A DNA stretch of 56,826 bases from Solirubrobacteraceae bacterium. GTDB lineage: Bacteria; Actinomycetota; Thermoleophilia; Solirubrobacterales; Solirubrobacteraceae. The position numbers and the translations under genes were made by a program. This document shows, one piece after another, positions 17,841-26,437 of the stretch; the stretch's first letter is position 1; the number at the start of each line of letters is the position of its first letter. The stretch spans positions 1-56,826 of the forward strand of contig DATJMB010000173.1 in NCBI GenBank assembly GCA_035508995.1, written 5' to 3'. Below the pieces are notes generated by a model, which was given only the letters and a program-made list of their open reading frames with translations, did not search any database and had not been told where the DNA came from.

Positions 17841-20050
17841 GCGTGAGCGAGGCCAAGCCACCGGCCCTGCCGGCGCTCGCGGCGCGGCCCGTGGCCGCCC
17901 CCGTGGCGCTCTCCCGCGTGGCCCTGCGCCTCGCGCCGATCGTGCTCGGGCTGGGCTGCTGGGGTCTCAGCCTCGCCCACCTGCGCGTCCAGACGCTCGG
18001 CCTCTACGGCCTGCTGGCCGCCGTGGACGCCTGGTTCTACGTGGGCATCGCTTTGCTGCTGGGCGGCTTCGTGGCGGAGTTCCGCCGCGCCGAGCGCTCG
18101 GGCTGGGTGATGACGCTGCACGTGCTGGCGCTCGTGGTCGTGATCTACGCCACCGTGCCGCTGCTGTTCCACGCGCCCGAGTATGCGTGGGTCTACAAGC
18201 ACGTGGGCGTCGCCCAGTCGCTGCGGGCCCACGGGCGGGTGACGGACACCACCAACATCTACCAGGAGTGGCCGGCCTTCTTCTCGGCCGTCGCGGGCAT
18301 CTCCTCGCTGTCGGGCGTCGGTCCCCTGTCGTTCGCCGCCTGGGCGCCGCTGTTCTTCGAGCTCGCCAACTGCGTGATGCTGCTGGCGCTCTTCCGCGGC
18401 ATGAGCCGCGACGACCGCGTGCCGATCCTCGCGGTGCTGCTGTTCGTGGGCTTCGTCAGCTGGGTGGGCCAGGACTACCTCTCCCCGCAGGCCTTCGCCT
18501 ACCTGCTGTGGCTGGGGCTGGCCTTGCTGATCCTGCGCTGGCTGACCGTCGCGGCGCCGCTCGCGCCGGCGCGCGGCCGGCTCGGGCGCCTGCGCCGGGC
18601 GCTGCTGAGCGGCATGGAGTACCGCCCGGCGCCCCCCGCGGGGGTGCGCCGCGCCGCGACGGGCATCGCGATCGGGATCTTCTTCGTGATCGTGGCCGCC
18701 CACCAGCTCACCCCGTTCATCGCCCTCATCGGCCTGGTCGTCCTCAGCGCCCTCGATCTGCTGCGCCCGCGCTGGCTGGTGCTCGCCTTCGCGGCGATCG
18801 CCTTCGGCTACGTGTTCTCGCGCTATCACCTGCTCTCGACTGAGTACGGCGGCATCTTCTCGGGCTTCAACGTGGTCGAAAACGCCTCCGGCTCGGTCAA
18901 GGCGTGGGGCTCGCAGGCGCAGGCGTTCACGGCCTCCACCGTGCGCGCGCTCTCGCTCGGCATGTGGCTGCTCGCGCTCGCGGCGCTCGCTCGCTCGATC
19001 CGCCGGCCCGGCCGCTTCCTCGTGCCCGCCGTGCTCGCCTTCAGCCCCTTCGCGATCCTGCTCGTGCAGAGCTACGGCGGCGAGGCGATCTACCGCGTGT
19101 TCCTCTTCTCGGCGCCGTGGTGCGCCTTCCTGATCGCCACGGCGATCGTCGAGCTGCCCTTCGCCCGCCTGCGCCTCGCCGCCGCCGCGCTGCTGCCGAG
19201 CCTGGCGCTGCTCGCGGGCCTGCAGGGCCTCTTCGGGCCGATCACCGCCAACGCCTTCACGCCCGCCGAGCTGAACGCGAGCCTGTGGTTCTACCACCAC
19301 ACTCCCCCCGGCTCCACGCTGGTGCTCGCCGTCGACGACTTCCCGGTGCTCGAGACCGCCTCCTACGAGAGCTACCGCCTGGAGATCATGCCCTCCGACC
19401 CGCAGGTGGGCCCGGACTGGCTCAACGCCGGCGACCTGCCGGAGGTCAACCTCTGGGTGAGCTCGCTGAAGGCGCCCACCAGCACCTACCTGGTGCTCAG
19501 CCGCACGATGCTCGCCTACAGCAACTACTACGGCTTCCCCGGCGGCTTCTCGAAACTCAAACACGAGCTCGCCAGCTCACCCGACTGGACGATCTACCAC
19601 ACCAACAGGGACACAACCATCTACCACTTCACGCCCCCCGCCGCCAGCGTCTCCAGCGCCGCGACCGCCGCCGCCACCGAGCGCGCCGCCGCGGCCCGCG
19701 CCGCGATCCTCGCCCGTCGCCGCGAGGCCGCCCAGCTGGCCCGCCGCCGCGCCGCCGCCGAGGCCCGCGCCAGAGCCCTGCGCGCCGCCGAACCCACCCC
19801 CGCCACGTCCGCGCCCGCGCCATCGCCAACCCCCACGCCAACGTCGGCGCCCGCCCCAACTCCCGCGCCCGCCCCAACTCCCGCGCCGGCTCCAACTCCC
19901 GCCCCAGCCTCAACTCCTGCGCCGGCCTCAACTCCCGCGCCCACGCGGGCGCCCATCCCGGCGCCGGCGGCGCCCGCTCAGCCCCAGCACTCCTCGGCGG
20001 GCTCCGGCGACTCATCCGGCGGGGGCGCCAGCTTCGACAGCTCCGAATGA
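17837..20050 (+). CDS. Large polytopic membrane protein (GT-C/polymerase-like) with Pro/Ala/Thr-rich C-terminal tail
   Basis: GTGA overlap; >12 TM segments; polar loops YAWVYKHVG, YQEWPAFF, WVGQDYLSPQ, HQLTP, SYGGE. Confidence 0.7.
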   Translation: MSVSEAKPPALPALAARPVAAPVALSRVALRLAPIVLGLGCWGLSLAHLRVQTLGLYGLLAAVDAWFYVGIALLLGGFVAEFRRAERSGWVMTLHVLALVVVIYATVPLLFHAPEYAWVYKHVGVAQSLRAHGRVTDTTNIYQEWPAFFSAVAGISSLSGVGPLSFAAWAPLFFELANCVMLLALFRGMSRDDRVPILAVLLFVGFVSWVGQDYLSPQAFAYLLWLGLALLILRWLTVAAPLAPARGRLGRLRRALLSGMEYRPAPPAGVRRAATGIAIGIFFVIVAAHQLTPFIALIGLVVLSALDLLRPRWLVLAFAAIAFGYVFSRYHLLSTEYGGIFSGFNVVENASGSVKAWGSQAQAFTASTVRALSLGMWLLALAALARSIRRPGRFLVPAVLAFSPFAILLVQSYGGEAIYRVFLFSAPWCAFLIATAIVELPFARLRLAAAALLPSLALLAGLQGLFGPITANAFTPAELNASLWFYHHTPPGSTLVLAVDDFPVLETASYESYRLEIMPSDPQVGPDWLNAGDLPEVNLWVSSLKAPTSTYLVLSRTMLAYSNYYGFPGGFSKLKHELASSPDWTIYHTNRDTTIYHFTPPAASVSSAATAAATERAAAARAAILARRREAAQLARRRAAAEARARALRAAEPTPATSAPAPSPTPTPTSAPAPTPAPAPTPAPAPTPAPASTPAPASTPAPTRAPIPAPAAPAQPQHSSAGSGDSSGGGASFDSSE
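19847..19936 (+). repeat. 5 x 18-bp tandem repeat encoding APA(P/S)TP
   Basis: gcgcccgccccaactccc x2, gcgccggctccaactccc, gccccagcctcaactcct, gcgccggcctcaactccc. Confidence 0.9.
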
Positions 20051-20066
20051 CCCGGATGACCCATCG

Positions 20067-20945
20067 TCAGGCGGGGGTGTAGATCGCGACCCAGTCGACG
20101 TCGTAGGAGACTTCCTTGGGGGTGGCGGCGCCCGGGCAGGTCTCCCATTCGCCGCCGCAATCCCAGGTCTGGGACTGCAGGGCGAGGTTCATCGGCTGGT
20201 GGGGCACGTTGGCGCCGGTCATCGTGGCCCACACGCGTCCGTCGATCGTGTAGGCGAGCTTGCCGCTCGTCCATTCCACGCCGAGGGTGTGCCATTCGCT
20301 CATGTTCACGCTCAGCGAGTCGGAGGCCTGGCCGAAGCTCGCGGTGCCCAGGGTGCCGTAGTGCAGGGTGGCGACGTTGGTGGCGCGGGGGCTGGCTCCG
20401 GTGTCCTCCACGAAATCGACCTCCGGCGGCCATTCGCCGTCGGAGGGCCACAGCAGCGCCACGATCGGCACGCCCTGGCCGTTGTCGGCGCGCAGGCGCA
20501 CCTCGTACTTGCCGTAGGTCTGCGGCTCTTTCAGCTGCACGCCGCCCGAGACGTAGCCGTCGATCGACTCGCAGCCCCAGGAGGCGATGCAGGTGAGGGG
20601 ATCGACGTAGGTCGCCAGGCGCAGCTCTCCGCCGCTCACCGACACGTGCGAGGGGTCCCACCAACCGCCGGGGTCGCTGCCGGGCTGGCCCCAGTACTCG
20701 CTCCATTCTTCGCCGAGCGGGCCGGTGAATTCATCGGCGAACGTCTGCTTCCAGCCGGTCGGATTGCCCGTGGGCATCGCTTCGCCGGAGGGGCTGCTGG
20801 CGCTGGAGGGGCTGCTCGCGCCGGCATGGGTCTGGGTGCGGTGGGCGGCGCTGGCGGCGGTCGGGCCGACGGCGCCGATTGCCAGTGCCAGCGCGCCGAC
20901 TGTCATCAAATGGCGCCATCTGCGGGATCTCGTTGTCACATGCAA
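20067..20945 (-). CDS. Secreted glycoside hydrolase family 16
   Basis: FADEF, YGKYEVR, catalytic WPPEVDFVE (ExDxxE), WHTLGVEW, YDVDWV; signal peptide. Start may be 20939 or 20906. Confidence 0.9.
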   Translation of the reverse strand: MHVTTRSRRWRHLMTVGALALAIGAVGPTAASAAHRTQTHAGASSPSSASSPSGEAMPTGNPTGWKQTFADEFTGPLGEEWSEYWGQPGSDPGGWWDPSHVSVSGGELRLATYVDPLTCIASWGCESIDGYVSGGVQLKEPQTYGKYEVRLRADNGQGVPIVALLWPSDGEWPPEVDFVEDTGASPRATNVATLHYGTLGTASFGQASDSLSVNMSEWHTLGVEWTSGKLAYTIDGRVWATMTGANVPHQPMNLALQSQTWDCGGEWETCPGAATPKEVSYDVDWVAIYTPA

Positions 20946-21040
20946 CGGATCGACCAGCGCTAAAGCCCGCTTGAGCGAGGCTCGCGGCGCTGGACACGTG
21001 GCGGCGAGGCGCGGGTGGGCCGGCGCTTAGGTGGCGGAGA

Positions 21041-21988
21041 TCAGGCGCGGCGCACGAGGGCCACGGCGGCGCCGAGGCCGGCGGCGGCGGTGCCGGCGAG
21101 GATCGCGGCGGCGCGCTCGGCCGGCTCGCCGCTTCGCTCGGTGGCGGCGGCCCTGAGGTTGCGGGCGAGTCCCGCGGGGATGGTCTTGCGCAGGTACTCG
21201 CTCTCGGAGCCGAGGTCACGCTCGTGGGCCAGGTGGCGGGACATCTCGATCTTGCCCTGGCCCTCCCAGAAGGAGCGGCGCAGGAAGAAGCCGCGGGTGC
21301 AGCGCTCGGGGGGCACGTGGTGGCCGACGAGCGCCGCGGGCACGTACACCCAGCGCCTGCCGGGGGCGCTCGCGCCCATCCTGATGCAGAGGTCGGTGTC
21401 CTCGGGACGGGAGGTGTGGCCGACCTTGCCGAAGTCCGCCCGAAAGCCGCCCACCTCCTCGAAGACGTCGCGACGCACCGCCATGTTCTCGCTCCAGACG
21501 TTGCGCACCGGGGCTGTCATCTCGGGCATGCCGGTGTAGGAGGCGCCCACCACCCAGGCGAACTCGTCGGGAAACCAGCGCGGACGGGCGCTCGCCCACT
21601 CCGGGTCCACCCGGCCGCCCGTGCCCACCACGTCCTCCCGCGCGAAGGGCGCGAGCAGCTGCTCCAGCCATCCCGCGCGGGCGTGGGCGTCGTCGTCGAG
21701 GAAGGCGATGTAGGGCGTGTCCGCGTGGCGCGCGCCGCTGTTGCGGGTGCCGGAGGCGCCGCTCGAGCCCTCGTTGTCCACGACCGTCACCTGGGGCAGC
21801 TCGCGCGCGAGGCGCTCGCGCAGGGCGACGTTGTGATCGACCGCCACGATCACCCGCAGCGGCGCGGGCCGCTGGGCGAGGGCCGACTCGATCGCGCGCA
21901 CCAGCGAGCTCCAGCGCTCCTGCGTGTGGCAGGCGATCACCACGCTCACCGGCAGCGTGTTGGCGCCGTGTCCGTTGACGGCGCTCAC
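21041..21988 (-). CDS. GT2 glycosyltransferase
   Basis: GTGA overlap at 21985-21988; VSVVIACH, GTRNSG, FLDDDA, NMAVRR, EDTDLC. Confidence 0.9.
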   Translation of the reverse strand: MSAVNGHGANTLPVSVVIACHTQERWSSLVRAIESALAQRPAPLRVIVAVDHNVALRERLARELPQVTVVDNEGSSGASGTRNSGARHADTPYIAFLDDDAHARAGWLEQLLAPFAREDVVGTGGRVDPEWASARPRWFPDEFAWVVGASYTGMPEMTAPVRNVWSENMAVRRDVFEEVGGFRADFGKVGHTSRPEDTDLCIRMGASAPGRRWVYVPAALVGHHVPPERCTRGFFLRRSFWEGQGKIEMSRHLAHERDLGSESEYLRKTIPAGLARNLRAAATERSGEPAERAAAILAGTAAAGLGAAVALVRRA

Positions 21989-22593
21989 AGCGCCGCCCGT
22001 CCCGTGGCCGCCGGCTGCTCGTGCTCCTCGGGAGCGTCCACGGCGATCACGCGCGCCGGGTTGCCCACCGCCACGGCCCACGCGGGCAGCGACTTGGTGA
22101 CCATCGCCAGGGCGCCCACGCGGGCGTGGTCGCCGACGTGGATGTCGCCGATCACCGCGCAGCCGGCGCCCAGCTCCACGCCGTCGCCGATCGTGGCCGT
22201 GCCCCGCTCGTTGCCCTGCCGGTCGACCTGGTTGCCGATCGTGACGCCGTGGCGCAGCACGCAGTCGGCGCCGATGGTGGTCTGGGGGTTGACGACGATG
22301 TTGTGCGGGTGGTGCAGGCAAAGACGCGGCCCCACGCGATCGTCGAGGGGGAGCTCCACGCCCACCACCAGGGTGGAGAGCCACCAGTAGGGGGTCACCA
22401 CCACCCGCGCCAGACCCCCCCAGCGCCGGCGGGCGCGCTGGGCGAGGCGATACCAGGCGAGCAGCAGCCGCGAGTCCGGCCGGCCGGCGTTCGCCTCCCA
22501 GTCCTGGAGCACCCATGCCCGCAGCGGCGAGCCGTCGATCGACGGCCGTACATCACTGCCGGGCGCATCCATGCCTCCGGTCGGGAAATCCAT
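21985..22593 (-). CDS. Serine-acetyltransferase-like LbH protein (WcaB-like)
   Basis: GVELP, LHHPHNIVVN, IGADCVLRHGVTIG, IGDGVELGAG, VGNPAR. Start 22593 or 22572. Confidence 0.87.
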   Translation of the reverse strand: MDFPTGGMDAPGSDVRPSIDGSPLRAWVLQDWEANAGRPDSRLLLAWYRLAQRARRRWGGLARVVVTPYWWLSTLVVGVELPLDDRVGPRLCLHHPHNIVVNPQTTIGADCVLRHGVTIGNQVDRQGNERGTATIGDGVELGAGCAVIGDIHVGDHARVGALAMVTKSLPAWAVAVGNPARVIAVDAPEEHEQPAATGRAAL

Positions 22594-22619
22594 TTCCACC
22601 AGCAGATTATACGCGTCCC

Positions 22620-23303
22620 TCAGCGGTCCTTGACCCTGTGGCAGCTCACCCGCCAGCCGCGCCTGTTGTAGGGGTTGCCCTCGGCGCGCACCCGCGCGGC
22701 TGCCACCGGCTCGAGCTCCCGGTCGATCAGCCGCCACAGCGCCCTGTCTCCGGGGTGGCGCCAGATGGAGCTCAGCACGAGCCCCCCCGGGCGCACGATC
22801 GTGGCGATCCGCCGCAGCAGCTCGCGGGGAGCGGGGGAGTAGTAGAGCATCTCGTTGAGCACCACCACGTCGGCGGGGGCGATGGTCATCGTGGTGACGT
22901 CCCCCACCATGAACTCCGTGCGGGCGTCCCTCAGCCGGCTCGCCGTGGCGATAGCCTCGTGGGAGATGTCGAGACCCACATAGCTCGCGAAGTCCTCCTC
23001 GGCCAGCAGCTCCCGCAGACGTCCGCTGCCGCAGCCGATGTCGAGCACCGCGGGCCTACCGGGATGGGTGCGCAGGTAGCCGATCAGCTGGCTGTAGCGG
23101 GGCAGCTCGCCGAGGTCGGCCATGTAGTCGAACTCCCCCTGGCCGTAGGCGTGCTCCCAGCGGGCGGCACTCCAGGGTTCCGGTTTGTAGGCCCGCACAC
23201 CCACGCCCACGCCGAGCGCGCGCACCTGGGCCACGCTCCGAGCGGCGAGCCTGCGCGCCCGCTGGGAGCAGCCGAGTCGCGCAGCGGAGCCGCCCATGAC
23301 CAC
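22620..23303 (-). CDS. Class I SAM-dependent methyltransferase
   Basis: VLDIGCGSG, YVGLDIS, DVVVLNEMLYY, VRPGG; start approximate. Confidence 0.87.
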   Translation of the reverse strand: MVMGGSAARLGCSQRARRLAARSVAQVRALGVGVGVRAYKPEPWSAARWEHAYGQGEFDYMADLGELPRYSQLIGYLRTHPGRPAVLDIGCGSGRLRELLAEEDFASYVGLDISHEAIATASRLRDARTEFMVGDVTTMTIAPADVVVLNEMLYYSPAPRELLRRIATIVRPGGLVLSSIWRHPGDRALWRLIDRELEPVAAARVRAEGNPYNRRGWRVSCHRVKDR

Positions 23304-23411
23304 TCATTGTGCCCGCCCGCCGTGCCCGGCGCGCTGCGGATGCGCTTTGGGTCCAGTCATGCTTAGATTTAGGCGCACCGTGATCGGTGCCGATGTGCAG
23401 GGAGACAGCTA

Positions 23412-23507
23412 GCGCCCGTAGCTCAGTGGTCAACGGTTCTCTTCGGGGAGCCAAAGAGCAGCGGTCTTTCAAGCCGCAGGCCGAGGGTTCGATTCCCTCC
23501 GGGCGCA
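23412..23507 (+). tRNA. Atypical tRNA, anticodon TTC (Glu), with 23-nt D-loop insertion; CCA not encoded
   Basis: Acceptor GCGCCCG/CGGGCGC+A; D stem GCTC/GAGC; anticodon arm GCGGT-CTTTCAA-GCCGC; variable region AGGCC; T arm GAGGG-TTCGATT-CCCTC. 96 nt in total, 73 nt without 23433-23455. Confidence 0.88.
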
Positions 23508-23576
23508 TTTTCTGAAGCCGGCTCAGGTGCAGGGGGTTTGGGTGGTCGGGGCGAGACGGGGCGTCGGTCTGAGGGG

Positions 23577-23598
23577 TTGGGTACCACTTTGGGCACCA
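23577..23598. repeat. Direct repeat TTGGG(T/C)ACCA, resembling tyrosine-integrase arm-type sites
   Basis: TTGGGTACCA (23577) and TTGGGCACCA (23589), 70 bp past the tRNA 3' end. Confidence 0.45.
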
Positions 23599-23650
23599 AA
23601 CTGGACCATTCGGGACCTGTTCGGCGGGATTCCGCGCGCCGCCTCGGCGC

Positions 23651-24577
23651 CTATGTGAGAAAGCGGTGGATGGCCTCGTAGGCGTGGTCCTGAAACGACG
23701 GGTTGGCCAGGTCGGGGAAGATGTCCGTTTGGTCGACCGCGGGACCCTTCAGCTTGTTGGCCGCGCTGGCATAGAACACGCCGCTGGACAGGGTCGGGTC
23801 GGTGACGCCGTCGACCAGTCGCTTCGCGCCCACGTCAAGCTTGTGGGCGAGACCGGGCACGCGGGGCATGACGTACTTGGCCGCCATACGCAGCGGCAAT
23901 GCGAGGTCATCGGGTGCTTGTGTGCCGGTGGTGTTACCAGGGCTCACGCTGATGAATCGCCGGTCGGGGTGTTGGCGGGCGAGGTAGGCCATCCACAGGA
24001 TGCCGATCAACTTGGCCTGCCCATAGGCCAGATTGACGTCAGGCTTGCCGCCGGCGAAATAGCTGCCGTCGATGACAGTGGCGAGCTCGTCAGCGGAGTT
24101 TGACGCGAACGACGGCCGCTTGAACCCCATTTTCGGGATTCCCCTGGCTGCCTCGCTTCCGGCGAACACCGCCACCTCGCCCAGCCGGTCCTCGGCCAGG
24201 AGCGCCTCGAGAAGGACGACGTGGCCAAGGACGTTCTGCGCGAACATGTAAGTGGCCCCATCGGCGGTCAACTTCATGGGCGTCTTGCCGCCCATTCCAC
24301 CGGCGTTCATGACCAGCGCGTCGATCGGTCCGTCGGTGCCCGCCAGGCCGGCGCGGACCGAGCGCGGATCGGACACGTCCATGAGAACGATGTCGAAGAT
24401 GCGCCGGCCGGTCTCGGCCTCGAGCTCGGCCTTTGCCATTGCCGCCCGGTCTTGGTTCCGGCACGCCAAGTAGATGCGGGCCGTCTCGGGGCGCGTTGCC
24501 AGCTGCCGGGCGATCTCTTTGCCGATCCCGACGTTGGCGCCGGTTATCAACGCGGTCTTTTCTGCGGTGGTTTGCAT
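23651..24577 (-). CDS. Short-chain dehydrogenase/reductase
   Basis: TGANVGIG, LACRN, VMNAGG, YGQAK. Confidence 0.9.
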   Translation of the reverse strand: MQTTAEKTALITGANVGIGKEIARQLATRPETARIYLACRNQDRAAMAKAELEAETGRRIFDIVLMDVSDPRSVRAGLAGTDGPIDALVMNAGGMGGKTPMKLTADGATYMFAQNVLGHVVLLEALLAEDRLGEVAVFAGSEAARGIPKMGFKRPSFASNSADELATVIDGSYFAGGKPDVNLAYGQAKLIGILWMAYLARQHPDRRFISVSPGNTTGTQAPDDLALPLRMAAKYVMPRVPGLAHKLDVGAKRLVDGVTDPTLSSGVFYASAANKLKGPAVDQTDIFPDLANPSFQDHAYEAIHRFLT

Positions 24578-24595
24578 TTGAGTGCTTGGCCCCTC

Positions 24596-24638
24596 TCAGA
24601 TCGCGGTGCGGCCGCCGTCGACGTGGATGACTGCGCGC
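24596..24638 (-). pseudogene. C-terminal remnant of a second SDR gene
   Basis: Minus strand reads ...RAVIHVDGGRTAI*, the classic SDR C-terminus, directly after an RBS-like AAAGGGAAA; no start codon or body. Confidence 0.65.
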
Positions 24639-24668
24639 TTTCCCTTTAAGTGGTTGTCGCGACCCTCG

Positions 24669-24722
24669 GAATGGATCGTGCGTTCCACTCTAACACAGAA
24701 TGGATAGCGCGATCCATTCTGT
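24669..24722. promoter_or_regulatory. Two TetR operator palindromes
   Basis: ACAGAATGGAT-agcgcg-ATCCATTCTGT (24695-24722, perfect 11-bp inverted repeat) and GAATGGA-N8-TCCACTC (24669-24690); -10 TAGAAT at 24726-24731. Confidence 0.8.
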
Positions 24723-24738
24723 TGGTAGAATCTTCGGT

Positions 24739-25362
24739 ATGACTACGACCAGCTCCACCCCTCGCCCGTTGACGCGCAAGGGTCAGGAGACCCGTCAGCG
24801 CATCGTCGACGCGGCGGCCGAGCTGATCTTCCGGCAGGGCGTCGCCCACACGACGATTGAGGACGTACGCGCGGCGGCGGACGTCTCGAGCTCGCAGCTG
24901 TACCACTACTTCGAGGACAAGACAGCTTTGGTCTGGGCAGTCGTTGACCACCAGGCCGACACCATGGTCGGCGGGCAGGAGATGTTCGATTTCAGCACCC
25001 CGGAGGGCCTCCGAGCCTGGCGCGACTTCGTGATCGCGGCCCAGCGCGAGCACCACTGCAGCGGCGGCTGCCCAATCGGCTCTCTCGGAGGCCAGCTAGC
25101 CGAGACCGACCCCGACGCAAGAGTCCACGTCGCCGAGGGCTTCAAACGATGGGAAGCCACGATCCAGAGCGGCCTGCGAGCGATGCACGCACGAGGCCAG
25201 CTCCCGCCCGACACCGACCCCGACACCCTCGCCCTCGCGCTGCTAGCCGCCCTGCAGGGCGGGCTGCTCCTCACTCAGGTCAAACGCGACACCAAGCCGC
25301 TAGAGGCCGCGCTTGACGCAATGCTCGAACTGGTCGCCCGGCTCAGCGGCAGCAGCTCGTAG
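24739..25362 (+). CDS. TetR/AcrR regulator (NemR/LmrA-like)
   Basis: TRQRIVDAAAELIFRQGVAHTTIEDV...QLYHYFEDK; GGCPIGSL; probably leaderless. Confidence 0.92.
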   Translation: MTTTSSTPRPLTRKGQETRQRIVDAAAELIFRQGVAHTTIEDVRAAADVSSSQLYHYFEDKTALVWAVVDHQADTMVGGQEMFDFSTPEGLRAWRDFVIAAQREHHCSGGCPIGSLGGQLAETDPDARVHVAEGFKRWEATIQSGLRAMHARGQLPPDTDPDTLALALLAALQGGLLLTQVKRDTKPLEAALDAMLELVARLSGSSS

Positions 25363-25379
25363 CGGCCACGGCTATGGCT

Positions 25380-25530
25380 GGCTGAGCTTCGGTGTCGTCC
25401 CCGATGCTGCTGCGGCAGCCGGCTGGTACACGGCCGCACTCGGCGCGGCCGAGCTCTGGAACCTTGGCGGAGTCGCCGGGCTTCACATAGACGGCGCGCC
25501 GTTCTTCATTCACGCGGCCGACCAGCCGCA
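25380..25530 (+). pseudogene. VOC/glyoxalase (PhnB-like) N-terminal fragment
   Basis: VVPDAAAAAGWYTAALGAAELWNLGGVAGLHIDGAPFFIH with no proper start or second half; boundaries approximate. Confidence 0.55.
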
Positions 25531-25601
25531 AGACGTCGAGCTGGCCCAGTTGCGGTCATTATGCTGCATTCTGCGGCCAGCGACGATGGGAGTAGGTGGC
25601 G

Positions 25602-26348
25602 ATGAAGGGCGAGATGATCGAGATCAGTACACAAGACGGTGTTGCGGACGCATACCTCTCGCGGCCGCCTGGGCAGGACGTGGGCAGCCCGGGTGTGCTG
25701 TTCCTCATGGACGCCTTCGGCTTGCGTCCCCGGATAGAGGAGATGGTCGACCGTATCGCGGCGCGGGGGTTCGTCGTCCTCGCCCCGAACGTCCTCTATC
25801 GCGCCGGCCGGGCGTCGGACATGGAGATGCCCGATCTGGAGGACCCCGCCCAGCGGGATCCGTTCTTCGCGCGGCTGAGGCCTGCCATGGCGCAGCTGAC
25901 GCCGGAGCGGATCGCCAGCGACGGGGCTGCGTACCTCGGCTGTCTCGGCGAGATCGCGAGCCCGCCGTTTGCGATCACCGGCTATTGCATGGGTGGGCGC
26001 GTAGGCTGGCGGATCGCCGCCGCCTACCCGGAGCGCGTCGCGGCGCTCGCCGCCTTCCACGCAGGGGGCCTGGTGAGCGACGACGATGACAGTCCGCACC
26101 TGAGCGCGGGCGCGATCTCCGCCGAGCTCTACTTCGGCCACGCCGACAACGACCAGAGCATGACCCCAGAGCACGTAGCGAAGCTCGAGCAAGCCCTCGA
26201 GGACGCCGGGGTGCGGTATCGCTCAGAGCTCTACGAGGGAGCCGCCCACGGCTACACGATGAGCGACACCGCCGCCTACGACGAGGCGGCCGCGGAGCGC
26301 CACTTCAGCGAGCTGTTCGCGCTGCTGGATCGCACGATCGGCGGCTGA
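25602..26348 (+). CDS. Dienelactone hydrolase family protein
   Basis: MDAFGLR, nucleophile GYCMGG, FHAG, ADND, YEGAAHGY. Confidence 0.92.
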   Translation: MKGEMIEISTQDGVADAYLSRPPGQDVGSPGVLFLMDAFGLRPRIEEMVDRIAARGFVVLAPNVLYRAGRASDMEMPDLEDPAQRDPFFARLRPAMAQLTPERIASDGAAYLGCLGEIASPPFAITGYCMGGRVGWRIAAAYPERVAALAAFHAGGLVSDDDDSPHLSAGAISAELYFGHADNDQSMTPEHVAKLEQALEDAGVRYRSELYEGAAHGYTMSDTAAYDEAAAERHFSELFALLDRTIGG

Positions 26349-26437
26349 CGGACGCGAGGCCGGCTCTCTCAAACAGAGGGCGCTTGTGGGGTGACGCGAC
26401 ACTACGCGGCGCGTCGTCACGCGAGCGTGCCGCTGCT

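Noticed and set aside
19847-19936. Tandem repeat as a possible CRISPR array
   Set aside because: 18-bp contiguous in-frame coding repeats with no spacers; no cas genes in the window.
23056-23508. 150-aa minus-strand ORF MRPEGIEPSACGLKDRCS...
   Set aside because: Antisense translation of the tRNA and overlap with the methyltransferase.
26391-26420. Imperfect hairpin between convergent genes as a terminator
   Set aside because: Weak stem with no U-tract; indistinguishable from GC-rich background.
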